Shown here: positions 1-10,115 of the stretch, in pieces
Layout of the letters: each line of letters starts with the position of its first letter
Position numbering within the stretch: position 1 is the first letter of the stretch
NCBI GenBank assembly: GCA_003250395.1
Contig: QKGM01000004.1
Coordinates: forward strand, 38,646-102,645
Reading direction: 5' to 3'
Length of the DNA stretch: 64,000 bases
Origin: Bacteroidota bacterium
GTDB taxonomy: Bacteria > Bacteroidota > Bacteroidia > Bacteroidales > TTA-H9
Translations under genes and position numbers: made by a program
The notes under the pieces: model-generated
What the model was told of the DNA's origin: nothing
Databases searched by the model: none
What the model saw: the letters and a program-made list of their open reading frames with translations, nothing else

Positions 1-69
1 AACATCGCGACCTGAATATTTACTTTCCCGAAGGTTGGTTTCCTATCTTATTCAATAAAAGTGAAAGCA

Positions 70-585
70 CTAATCTTCAGGCTCCCAAAGTTCAATCTTG
101 TTGCCTTCGGCATCCATAATATGTACAAATTTCCCGATACCTTCATACATCATTATGCTATCCAGAATGGTTACTCCATCTTTCAGGAGTTGATTAACAA
201 ACCCTTCAATATTCTGAACCTGATAATTAATCATGAAGTCCTTTTTCGAGGGGGAAAAATACTCATCTCCCCTGCTGAACGGTTTCCACTGAAGCGAATT
301 TATCTTATCAGGATTTTCAAGACTTCTGGATTCGAAACCAGAGGATCCCCAGTCATTGATCTTGATTCCCAGATGTTTTTTGTACCATTCCTTCGTGTCG
401 GTAAGATTATCACAGTAAAAGAAAATACCACCTATACCTGTCACCTTTGGTGTTATGGTGTCGGATGGTAAAGATGGGTTCTCATTCTGATTTTTATTTT
501 CTGCCATACTATTTGTTTTTTCAGTCTTGTAATTACAACTTATCAAAACTGTGGTCATCAATACTATTTTTACAATATTCCTCAT
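70..585 (-). CDS. VOC (glyoxalase/bleomycin-resistance fold) family lipoprotein
   Basis: 171-aa ORF with an N-terminal signal ending in a lipobox-like LISC. The body (GIGGIFFYCDN..WYKKHLG..DAEGNKIELWEP) matches the VOC-family pattern from memory. The antisense ORF 61..471 is judged a shadow. Confidence 0.7.
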   Translation of the reverse strand: MRNIVKIVLMTTVLISCNYKTEKTNSMAENKNQNENPSLPSDTITPKVTGIGGIFFYCDNLTDTKEWYKKHLGIKINDWGSSGFESRSLENPDKINSLQWKPFSRGDEYFSPSKKDFMINYQVQNIEGFVNQLLKDGVTILDSIMMYEGIGKFVHIMDAEGNKIELWEPED

Positions 586-1067
586 TTACTATATTTTATA
601 CATGATCCGATAGCTTAACTTTCAATCGACCTCTCAATTCGTCAAAATCACCACAAACTTACTTCTTTTCCTTCATCGCGTTAAAACTTTACTGTTAATT
701 TTCGCATTGCCTTTATATCTGTCAAAGGCACCTTTAACCGAACAGCTTTTGTACATGTCAGATATGTTCAATCTACCGTCGGCAAAATTGTATTAGCATC
801 AATGTCGCTGAGTTAGTGCTGAATCAAAATGGAAAATTCTCTCTCGACAAATATGAACTTAGTATTAAAATGCAGAGATAATGCCTGATATCCTTTTACA
901 GGGTTGCAGGACTGCTATCTTCCTGACACTATCACCCCGTTAAAATCAAACAGCACAACCAAAAAGGCAAACTATTTATGGTATGGCTTAACTATATTTC
1001 TAAAAGCAACGCCATTATCCATAGGACCTTGATGAGTGTTGCTAATTCCTGCCACGTATTCAATGAT

Positions 1068-1751
1068 TCAGTCATTACTCAAGGTAATTGTATAGCTACC
1101 TTCTTTATATATATCAATAATGAACCGACATTGTTTTCTGGTATCGCTGACTAATATGGTATAACTTATCTCGCAGTGAAGCGGACAGAAATATTGAAAT
1201 ATGCTGAACTTCTTCCCTGATTGAATAATTTGACCTGAAGAAATATCTATTTTCAAATCGGTGGGAGCAAAATCCGAAAATGCACTTTTAATAGAAAAAG
1301 TAATCATCTTATCAAGCTCACTAATTGACTCATTTTTCTTCACATCATAATTCATAATGCCCGATACAGATGAAACTCTATACGCAATATCAGGGTCTGT
1401 TGCACCAACGTATTCATCTTTCTCCCAATATCCTTTCAACGTATACTTTTTCCCTTCCAATGTATATTCAAATTTTCCTTTCCCGTTTTTTTGTCCATTA
1501 CTCCACGACCCCTGAAATGTATCACCATTTTTATAAATGTATTTTCCTTTCCCGTCGGGCAACCCGTCTTTAAAAGTTCCTACATAGGTGTCTTCTCCGA
1601 TTGATTTACCCTTTCCGTTTGCTAAACCGTTTACACATTTCCCCGTATATATCCCTGAAATTTTCTCAAGCAGTACTTGACAGGAGTCTGTCTGAGCATT
1701 GATACTTAAGGAAAAAACTACGATAATTAATGTTAAGGAAAGATTCTTCAT
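1068..1751 (-). CDS. MORN-repeat protein, secreted
   Basis: Repeated YxGxxxxGxxxGxG units (YVGTFKDGLPDGKGKYIYKNGDTFQGSWSNGQKNGKGKFEY). I moved the start to the ATG at 1751 (MKNLSLTLIIVVFSLSINAQ signal peptide) rather than the track start at 1856. Confidence 0.7.
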   Translation of the reverse strand: MKNLSLTLIIVVFSLSINAQTDSCQVLLEKISGIYTGKCVNGLANGKGKSIGEDTYVGTFKDGLPDGKGKYIYKNGDTFQGSWSNGQKNGKGKFEYTLEGKKYTLKGYWEKDEYVGATDPDIAYRVSSVSGIMNYDVKKNESISELDKMITFSIKSAFSDFAPTDLKIDISSGQIIQSGKKFSIFQYFCPLHCEISYTILVSDTRKQCRFIIDIYKEGSYTITLSND

Positions 1752-2441
1752 AATTTCAGTTATAAGGTGAATTGACTGTATCAGGTAAAAAGCAAAGATA
1801 TGAGGATTTATAAAATAAAAAATTGTAAAGCTGGAAGAAACAGATTGCTGTAACACGCTGTAATGAGTTTAATATCATACAGCGATTCAAGGGTAACCTC
1901 CGCAATAAAGATAGAATTTTGGAAAATTTCTTATGCTATCTGTCAGCAAATTACTTATTACCATTTTCCCGCTTTCCTTTTAATTACAATATAACACCCC
2001 ATTGGATATCAATACCGGCAGAATCTTCTAAAATTATCATGTAGCCGATTGGGCGGGTTGTTGACAATGCCGCTTCATAGACGTTGTAATTCTACATCGT
2101 TTCGGAAAATAGAATCATGAAAACGTGGCCATCCTACTAAATCATAAAATATCTCCACAACAACTGCGGCTACCGCCCATTCAAAGTGGGTTATAACAAC
2201 CCCCCGACGATCAGGGTAACCATTTCCGCCACGCATTGATTATCTGTTTCCGTCATGGGTTCAGGGGATCTGGTTCCATATATAACATTACCAAAATGAA
2301 AGGAGCTGCCTGGTGATAAAAACTCCGGTTCGCCGGAATATTTCCAGAATCGTCTTTAAGAAAATAATAAATCTCTTATCTTTGATCGGGTAAATGGACT
2401 AATCTGAAATAACCAGTTTACAGCATCAAATCTGACATAAC

Positions 2442-3383
2442 ATGAGAAAAACACATCTTATCAAACGCTTAGGTGTAATTATAGCTGTTTGTTCCTCTCT
2501 TTTCATGCTCACTTCCCCTGCCCAGGCACAAACAGAATGGGCTCCGGTGGGTGCTACATGGTACTTCAACAGACCAAGCTTTTCTTCGAGTGGCAGCTAC
2601 GTTTTATTTGAGTCGATCAAAGATTCGGTGATCAATGGTAAGGATGTGAGCGTGATAAAGGTAACAATAAACGGTGTAACACCTGTGAGCCATGAATATA
2701 TTCACCAGCATGGTGACAGCGTGTTCTATTTCAATTCACACAACAATGCCTTTTACTTACTGTACAACTTCTCGGCCGTTCCCGGTGATACGATTGTAGT
2801 ACATGACAGTTACACGAAACTTACTCCAGCATTCTTTCATGGGGAGGATAGTATCGATGGCTTCATTTACAGAGTTCTGGAGGTTGATTCGGTTTTTATT
2901 TCCGACCGATGGGTTAAAAGACAAAAAGTCGAGTCTTTCCCCACAGCCTGGGGGTTCACGGAATTTGGTGCCGATGCATACATTCTGAATGGTATCGGCA
3001 GCCAGTTGTATTTCTTTGGCTTAACAACATTTATAATGCCAAAGTTTTATCCATCCTTGCTTCGCTGTTACGATGAACCCGGCTTTAGCTTTATCAATCC
3101 CGCATGGAATCATGAGTGCGACTTTATCGCGGCAACCGGGAATGACCCAAAAGAGGCTGATTGCAGTGTTTACCCTAACCCTGTTGACGATATCGCCCGG
3201 GTACACCTTTCCGAACCGGTTGAAACCATCACGATACGAAGTATCGACGGGCGCGTACTTCAAACTTATACCCCTCAACAGACTGATGCACCGATCGATG
3301 TCTCCACGTTAACCAAGGGAAGCTACCTGATTATAATTACCTCGAAGCACCGGAATATATCCAAAATCATCATCAAAAAATAA
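2442..3383 (+). CDS. T9SS cargo protein of unknown function (type-A C-terminal sorting domain)
   Basis: Signal peptide (..SPAQAQ). The C-terminus CSVYPNPVDDIARVHL...GSYLIIITS fits the Por/T9SS CTD pattern. Confidence 0.75.
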   Translation: MRKTHLIKRLGVIIAVCSSLFMLTSPAQAQTEWAPVGATWYFNRPSFSSSGSYVLFESIKDSVINGKDVSVIKVTINGVTPVSHEYIHQHGDSVFYFNSHNNAFYLLYNFSAVPGDTIVVHDSYTKLTPAFFHGEDSIDGFIYRVLEVDSVFISDRWVKRQKVESFPTAWGFTEFGADAYILNGIGSQLYFFGLTTFIMPKFYPSLLRCYDEPGFSFINPAWNHECDFIAATGNDPKEADCSVYPNPVDDIARVHLSEPVETITIRSIDGRVLQTYTPQQTDAPIDVSTLTKGSYLIIITSKHRNISKIIIKK

Positions 3384-3487
3384 TTATCCTGTAATTCTGG
3401 TTATATTTTATCTTACCCATATAACCCTATAAACTGACTACATTCGGCCTGGTACACTCTCCCTACATCCACGTCGTGATAAACGAT

Positions 3488-3819
3488 CGAAAACGGGACC
3501 CACATCCCATTATTCCAACCGTATTCCAAAATTTAGACACGACGTTACGCCTGATTTCACCTTTTTTAAAAAAATTTCATCCAATATTGCAATTTTTTTG
3601 TGATTTTATCACCAAAACAATATTTTTTAATCCACTGATTATGCGTCATCTATAACCCGGTTTAACCCATAAGTCACAGTAAAGAGAGACCAAAGTCGTA
3701 TCAAAGATATGTTTTTCCTATGAAAAGCCTATGTTTACTGTATTCTCCGAATATCTTACATATGTACAAAACATAACTATATATTTTTTCTGGCATAATT
3801 TTAGTGGGAGCCGTTTTCA
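3488..3819. repeat. Copy A of a two-copy conserved non-coding module, bracketed by a 16-nt imperfect inverted repeat
   Basis: Hand alignment to 38696-38980. The offset is constant at 35174 nt from 3634 to 3800. Shared blocks are cccacatccc, aaatttca, actgatt, tatcaaagata, atgaaaNgcctatg and ctggcaYaatt. The IR arms cgaaaacgggacccac (3488-3503) and gtgggagccgttttca (3804-3819) match 13/16. Confidence 0.6.
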
Positions 3820-4579
3820 AATCCGTCATAATAGAAAACCGGGACCCGGGTCACTTGAAACATCATGAAAATACCGGGTGGTTAGTGATTACGCATCACA
3901 TTCTGAACAGCAAACTTCTCATCCCCCTTTATAAAATTAATGGTTTCTTTTACGATGTAGAATAATCAGATTAACATAGATGTTTCACCAGGAAGAACCA
4001 TTAATCAAATAAAGATTACTGAATTAACCCATGATGATCATAGAAATTGAATTCCGACAATTCAAAATGCCTGGGATAAAACCTGTGAATCCGGATCCTG
4101 ATAGCCCAAAGCAACGAAGTATTCAAAAAGAACCTTCGGATTGTAAACCGGTGGACTCTGCCATGCTCCCAGGAGAGGAAATCCAGGTAAATGTATCAGG
4201 AATTGTATCCACATAGCAGCGGGCAAACCGTGCTGTAAAGGCAGATATCATTTACCTGCAAAACCGATTGTAGCGACAAACTCAAAAACATTGAAAATGA
4301 ATATCCCGTTTAAAAGGAACAAGTGATTTCAATACAGGTATCTTACCACAAGGGATTGCAGGAAAAGAGCCGGGAGGTATTCCATTTTTGAACAGGTCAA
4401 CTTAGACTTCACTTCATGATTTACAGGCTACTAACATTGGTATGCATTTTATCGTACAAACCTGATTAACACACCTAATAAATAATACATACCAGATACC
4501 AGACACTCCTCCCGTCATAGAAAAACATACAACCACCCTGCATTTTTCAATAAATTGTTCACAGGTTGCCCGAACAACG

Positions 4580-4587
4580 TATATTTG
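4580..4587 (+). promoter_or_regulatory. Candidate Bacteroidota -7 promoter box (TAtaTTTG) for the TPR/LuxR gene
   Basis: Exact TAnnTTTG match 33 nt upstream of the ATG at 4621, with a TTG about 22 nt further upstream. Confidence 0.4.
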
Positions 4588-4620
4588 AACAACGATTGTT
4601 TAACTGAACCAGTTGGGGAA

Positions 4621-6426
4621 ATGTGGCGAAAACTATTTCTGTTCTTTACATGTATTATCTGGGCGGTGATTACTATCAGCCAATCAAACAACCGTCAACA
4701 GGAAATAAAAGGAATTCCGGGCATTGACTCATTGCTGATAATAGGTCAGTCGATGGATTCGGGCCCGGTCAGGATGCGCGAAGTATCGGAACAGGCGCTC
4801 ACCCTTGCCAAAGAGATTGACTATAAGAAGGGAATCATCCACGCGGCGTTTAACCTAAGCCTGTCAGAGTTCTACCAGAGTAAGTTTCTGTCATCGTATC
4901 AAATCCTTGACTCGTTATTGACGGAATTGTCTAACGACTCATTGACTTACTCGAAGTCATTCGATTACAATATTGCCAAATCAAAGATTTACTGCCTGAT
5001 GGCCATCATCTTTGATGAAACCGAGGACTACGAAAGGGCATTGGATAGTTATCTGGCAGCATTGAAGCTGATTGAAAAAACGAAAGAAAATTACGATAAA
5101 GCTCTTATCTACAAAGGCATTGGAATTATTAACTGGGGGATTGGCGAATACAAAAAGGCCGACTATTATTTTGATATAGCGCTTCAATTGAGCAAAGAAT
5201 TCAAGGATAAAAGAATTCAGTTCGACATCTATAACGAGAAATTCAAGTATTATATAAAGCATAAGGACTACCAGAATGCAGATATCTATTCCGGCAAACA
5301 GCATGAACTCTGTCAGAACAGCCAAAACATCTATATGGAGATAATTGCCGAAAAGAACCAGGCGCTGGTCTATTACCATCAGGGGAAAACCGAACTGGCT
5401 GAAGTATACATCAAAGAGTTGCTAAAGCAGAAAAAGTATCTGCAATTCCCGGATATTATTGCCGAATGCTATCTTCTTCTTTCAAACATGTACCTCGGGA
5501 ATAAAGAACCTGATCTGGCTCTGAATATGGCAAACCAGGCCTACCATTACGCGATGAAAACCGACCTTCCGCAATTGGAAGCCGATGCCCTGTTAAGCCT
5601 CTCGACGATTTATGAAACAAAAGGGCTTCTGTCAAAATCGCTTGCTCTTTTCAGAGATTATCATAATCTGACTGACTCAATCGATGAGAAAAACAATCGA
5701 CAGAAGATCATCGAAATGCAGTTCAGGCTTGACATGAACAAAATACTGAGAGAGAAGGCAAACCTCGCTGACAGCCTGACCATTAACCACCTGAGAAGTA
5801 CAAGAAAAACCTACCTGCTCTATGGGGCGCTAATCTTTATTACCCTGCTGATTTATCTTTCGCTGGCTCTTATGAAGAAATATCGTACAGAGAAAACAAA
5901 TTATGACCAGTTGGAGAAAAAACAAAAGGTAATTGATGAGCAAAGGCAAATAATCCTGAGCGATCAGGAAGAGAAATTCAGGATAGAACTGGAACACAAA
6001 AATCGTGAGCTGGTCAGCTATACAATGGCTCTTACAAGGGAAAATGAAAACAAGATAAAAATTGTAGAAGCCTTACAAAAGTTGAAAGAGAAAGCAGGCA
6101 GAGAGCCCTTAACATATTCAGACGGTATTGGACAGGTAATTAGCGAGATCAGACAAACCATCAACAGGAATTCCTGGGAAGAGTTCAGGCTCTACTTCGA
6201 GAATGTATACTCAGACTTCTTTATAAAACTTGAACAACAGTTTCCAGACCTGACCCGAAACGAGAAGAAGTTATGTGCATTCCTGAAATTAAACCTGGGC
6301 ACCAAAGAGATCGCTGCCATTACAAGCAGAGAGATCAGGTCGGTTGAGTCATCACGGGCAAGATTAAGAAAAAAGTTCAGGTTGCCATCTGATACCAGTT
6401 TTAATGAATTTCTGTCACACTTCTGA
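4621..6426 (+). CDS. TPR-repeat protein with a single TM segment and a C-terminal LuxR-type HTH (orphan transcriptional regulator)
   Basis: TPR-like Y/A-rich repeats, a TM segment (LLYGALIFITLLIYLSLALM) and a C-terminal LTRNEKKLCAFLKLNLGTKEIAAITSREIRSVESSRARLRKK resembling a LuxR/GerE HTH. The start is set to ATG 4621 (MWRKLFLFF...). Confidence 0.75.
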   Translation: MWRKLFLFFTCIIWAVITISQSNNRQQEIKGIPGIDSLLIIGQSMDSGPVRMREVSEQALTLAKEIDYKKGIIHAAFNLSLSEFYQSKFLSSYQILDSLLTELSNDSLTYSKSFDYNIAKSKIYCLMAIIFDETEDYERALDSYLAALKLIEKTKENYDKALIYKGIGIINWGIGEYKKADYYFDIALQLSKEFKDKRIQFDIYNEKFKYYIKHKDYQNADIYSGKQHELCQNSQNIYMEIIAEKNQALVYYHQGKTELAEVYIKELLKQKKYLQFPDIIAECYLLLSNMYLGNKEPDLALNMANQAYHYAMKTDLPQLEADALLSLSTIYETKGLLSKSLALFRDYHNLTDSIDEKNNRQKIIEMQFRLDMNKILREKANLADSLTINHLRSTRKTYLLYGALIFITLLIYLSLALMKKYRTEKTNYDQLEKKQKVIDEQRQIILSDQEEKFRIELEHKNRELVSYTMALTRENENKIKIVEALQKLKEKAGREPLTYSDGIGQVISEIRQTINRNSWEEFRLYFENVYSDFFIKLEQQFPDLTRNEKKLCAFLKLNLGTKEIAAITSREIRSVESSRARLRKKFRLPSDTSFNEFLSHF

Positions 6427-6904
6427 CGCCAGGCAATAGTATCACGGTGAAATGATTACATTTTCATGGTTTTCATACAGTAATTACATTTTACAGGGGA
6501 GGCTGAGAAGCAAATTAGCCTATACAATCAGACGATAAGGGTAGCCAACTTCAGGGTTAGAAGAAACGTCAATACTGCACCGTTCGTGTACAGGGTTAAG
6601 CAGAGATGAATCTGCGACACTGGTTGATTTATTCTTCCATAAAAACACCAGACACATCAGCGTAACTGTACTACTTACCGTTTGGCTTAAGAAGAAATTA
6701 ACTAACGATCCCGTCGATTGATGATTCAACCAGATCACCTTACTGAAATGTGAATAGCGCATTGGAAAAAGCAAAATGCAGTAGTAATCTGGTAGTCCCT
6801 GTTTCGATTTGCAGTAGTAATACCCTATACATTAACTTGCATTATCTCAGGTTGTCCGCCTAATTTTGCCCGACTCAATTGTTAAACCATTAAAACGAAT
6901 TTTT

Positions 6905-9538
6905 ATGAAGAATTTTTTGTTGACTACCTGCTTTATGGCGCTGTCGTTTATAAGCATATCTCAAAACATAAGGTATGTTAAAGTGGGAGGGACAGGCAAT
7001 GGCATCTCCTGGCAGGAAGCGTCGGGCGATATACAGGCAATGGTCAACTCATCATCACCAGGTGATCAGGTGTGGGTAGCAGAAGGGACATATATCCTGA
7101 GCGCCACTCTTCACATGAAACAGGGGGTTAATGTATATGGTGGATTCGATGGGACAGAAATCTCTCTCGAACAACGCGACTGGGAAACGAATGAAACAAT
7201 ACTTGATGGCAACTATTCGGTAGTAGTGCTGTATCAGGTCAGTACAGAAGGTGATTATTCCGAATCTGTCTGGGATGGATTTACCATTCAGAACGGGGTA
7301 TCCGATGCAAATAATGCAGGTGCCGGAGCCCATTTAGAACGGGGAGGGACAATTATCAACTGTAAGGTCATCAACAATCAGGCAGTCGATTTCGGAGGAG
7401 GAATTTACACCAGAAAAGGGGCCCGGATAGAAAACTGCTACATTGCAAATAATTATGCCAATAATGGTGGAGGTCTCTTCCTGGCCAATGGAGGTACAGT
7501 AATAAATTGTCGTATAACCCAAAACGAGGGGATGTCAGGCGGTGGTGTAGTTCCCTACGGTGGTGGCGAGGTGGTTAATTGCATCATAGACAGGAATACC
7601 GGAATATTTGGAGGCGGAGTTTATCTGGCCGGAGGCGGTACAATCGTAAATAGTGTTATCACAGGTAATAACGCAAGCTCGACAGGGGGCGGCATTTGGT
7701 CAAATTACACACAATACGGGGGACCTCCTTCTTCCGTGATTAACACTATTATCTGGGACAACACTTCTTCGGGTTCTGATCCTCAGGTATCTTTCTCGGG
7801 GACGGACAATTACGCGATAACCAATTTTGCCCATTGTGCCATACAGGATATTGGGTCAATAACCTGGGATTATATTGAAAATACTTACAATATCAATCTT
7901 GGTCCGGATAATGGTGGAACTGATGGCCCGGGATTTACTGATCCGGCTTTAGCCGATTATACCTTAACTGCCTCTTCACCTTGTATCAATATGGGAGACA
8001 ACAGTTATGCATTGTTTTATCAGAACGATTTTTACGGCAATTCACGAATCAGACAAGGGAGAATAGACATTGGTGCTAACGAGACTGATCAGGGAACACC
8101 CCCGACGGGACATCAAAGATATTATGTTTCAGGTCAGGGTAATGATGCAAATAGCGGATCGTCATGGTCTGATGCAAAATTAACGCTACAGGCGGCTTTA
8201 AATTCCGCGGCGGAAACAATCCTTCCAGGGACATCCATCGAGGTTTGGGTTGCTGAAGGAACTTATACACTAACTACTTCTGTCGAGATGAAAGAAGCTA
8301 TCTCGGTATATGGAGGCTTTACAGGTAACGAGAGTACAATTGAAGAAAGAAACTGGATAGCTAATGAAACAATTCTTAATGCTGATGCTTCATCAGCCAT
8401 CAGGAGATCAATCATCCAATATCCTGATTTTTTCGGAGCTACAACTTTTGACGGGTTCTCGCTAATAAACGGAAATGTTCCGGGTAAAGGTGGTGCTGCC
8501 ATTATCAGGAATAACGGTGTGTTGAAAAACTGTAAAATTGAGTACAATGCTGCCGGGTTGAGAGGTGGCGGAGTTTACCTTCAGGAAGGGGGAATAATAC
8601 AAAACAGTACCCTTGCAAATAACACTGCACTAATAGGTGGAAGTGCATTTTTTAATTACGGAGGAGAGATGACCGCCAGTATTCTTGAAAACAATTCAGC
8701 CGAATTGGGTGGAGCTATTTGCTGCGAAAACGGTGGATATATCAGAAACTGCCTCTTCAGGGAAAACAATGCCGATTACATAGGAGGCGGAGTTTGTATC
8801 TCTTTTGGAGCTGACCTTGTCAATTGTACTTTCGTAAACAATAATTCCCATCAATCAGGCGGAGGTATGTATGGCGAATACGACAACCAGATGGGTGGAA
8901 TTGGTTTGAGGATATCGAATTCAATATTCTGGAATAATTCATCCAACGGTTCCGGTCAGCAAATCAACCTAAATGGAGGAAATTCGCACATTTCGCTCTC
9001 CAATTGTGCTATACAGGACATTGATCAGGTCATATTCGGTTCAACTGAACTTCACGATAACATTAATCTTGACGCGGTTAATGACGATCCCGATGGACCT
9101 CAGTTTACGGATCCCGGCTCTGGAGTATTCGCCCTTACCAAAAACTCCCCCTGTGTCAATACAGGCGAAAACAACGTAGTTACCGACCAATTTGATCTTG
9201 CCGGCAACGATCGGATCCAGGGTCAAACTGTTGATATCGGAGCCTATGAAAGTCCCTTCTTGACTGCCATTCCTACAGTATTGCCGGTGGCATTATTTGT
9301 TCAGGCTTATCCTAATCCTGCTACTGACCGGGTGACTATTGACATGGCAGGGGCAACAGGTCCTGTAAGGGTAGAAATTTTAAATTCACTTGGTGCTATG
9401 ATACAGAAAACCAATTTCTCTGCCGGTGAGTACGATTCAAAGATTGAACTCGGACTGGAGGAAATTCCTTCGGGTACAATCTTCATTAAAGTATCATCCA
9501 ATGAAGGCATTAAGATTGCTAAATGTGTAAAACGCTAA
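6905..9538 (+). CDS. Right-handed beta-helix repeat T9SS cargo protein (two repeat halves, each ending in DIGANE/DIGAYE)
   Basis: Many GGG(I/V)Y..NG..I.NC..N.A repeats, internally duplicated (aa about 30-400 and 410-790). The CTD is AYPNPATDRVTIDM...GTIFIKV. The start is set to ATG 6905 (MKNFLLTTCFMALSFISISQ). Confidence 0.8.
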   Translation: MKNFLLTTCFMALSFISISQNIRYVKVGGTGNGISWQEASGDIQAMVNSSSPGDQVWVAEGTYILSATLHMKQGVNVYGGFDGTEISLEQRDWETNETILDGNYSVVVLYQVSTEGDYSESVWDGFTIQNGVSDANNAGAGAHLERGGTIINCKVINNQAVDFGGGIYTRKGARIENCYIANNYANNGGGLFLANGGTVINCRITQNEGMSGGGVVPYGGGEVVNCIIDRNTGIFGGGVYLAGGGTIVNSVITGNNASSTGGGIWSNYTQYGGPPSSVINTIIWDNTSSGSDPQVSFSGTDNYAITNFAHCAIQDIGSITWDYIENTYNINLGPDNGGTDGPGFTDPALADYTLTASSPCINMGDNSYALFYQNDFYGNSRIRQGRIDIGANETDQGTPPTGHQRYYVSGQGNDANSGSSWSDAKLTLQAALNSAAETILPGTSIEVWVAEGTYTLTTSVEMKEAISVYGGFTGNESTIEERNWIANETILNADASSAIRRSIIQYPDFFGATTFDGFSLINGNVPGKGGAAIIRNNGVLKNCKIEYNAAGLRGGGVYLQEGGIIQNSTLANNTALIGGSAFFNYGGEMTASILENNSAELGGAICCENGGYIRNCLFRENNADYIGGGVCISFGADLVNCTFVNNNSHQSGGGMYGEYDNQMGGIGLRISNSIFWNNSSNGSGQQINLNGGNSHISLSNCAIQDIDQVIFGSTELHDNINLDAVNDDPDGPQFTDPGSGVFALTKNSPCVNTGENNVVTDQFDLAGNDRIQGQTVDIGAYESPFLTAIPTVLPVALFVQAYPNPATDRVTIDMAGATGPVRVEILNSLGAMIQKTNFSAGEYDSKIELGLEEIPSGTIFIKVSSNEGIKIAKCVKR

Positions 9539-9603
9539 AGAAAGATACAGACAGAACTTAAAATCTGCGCTATACAGCAGGCTGGCAATTATCCGATGAT
9601 TCA

Positions 9604-9645
9604 AACATCCCGCATCCCGGTAACCCGGGAGCGGGATGTTTTCAA
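9604..9645 (+). terminator. Rho-independent terminator after the beta-helix gene
   Basis: aacatcccgc-a-tcccgg taac ccggga gcgggatgtt followed by ttttc. Confidence 0.6.
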
Positions 9646-10115
9646 TCAGTAGATCAGCCTGGTGGTCGAAAACCAAATTCCATTTACAAAATAAAAAAAC
9701 CGGGGATTAAATTGCTCTACATAAACCTGATCAGGATCGAAGAATCACCCCAAACCTTAAAAAATCCTGCGGTCCAATTTCCTTTTCATACTCTTTCAGG
9801 AAACCAGAAAAGCATAATACAATAAATGAAACAATTCACCAGAGCAGCAACAAACTGTGTATAACCTGTCTGATAAACAGTGAATATCGAGGTATACCAT
9901 CAAGAAAATTCCGTAACAATAATTTTCTAATCATGTACAGTTCTCTGGTCATGGCAATTACTTAGACCAGGAATCGGGATTGGTTACCATCCGGAAAACC
10001 ACATTAATAAATATTAAATAACGATGGCAAAGGCAATGCCTATGCAAACAGTTTATTAAATCGCTGCACCAAAAATAAATCTGTCTACCTTTGCCAGAAC
10101 ATTAACAGAAGTTGC

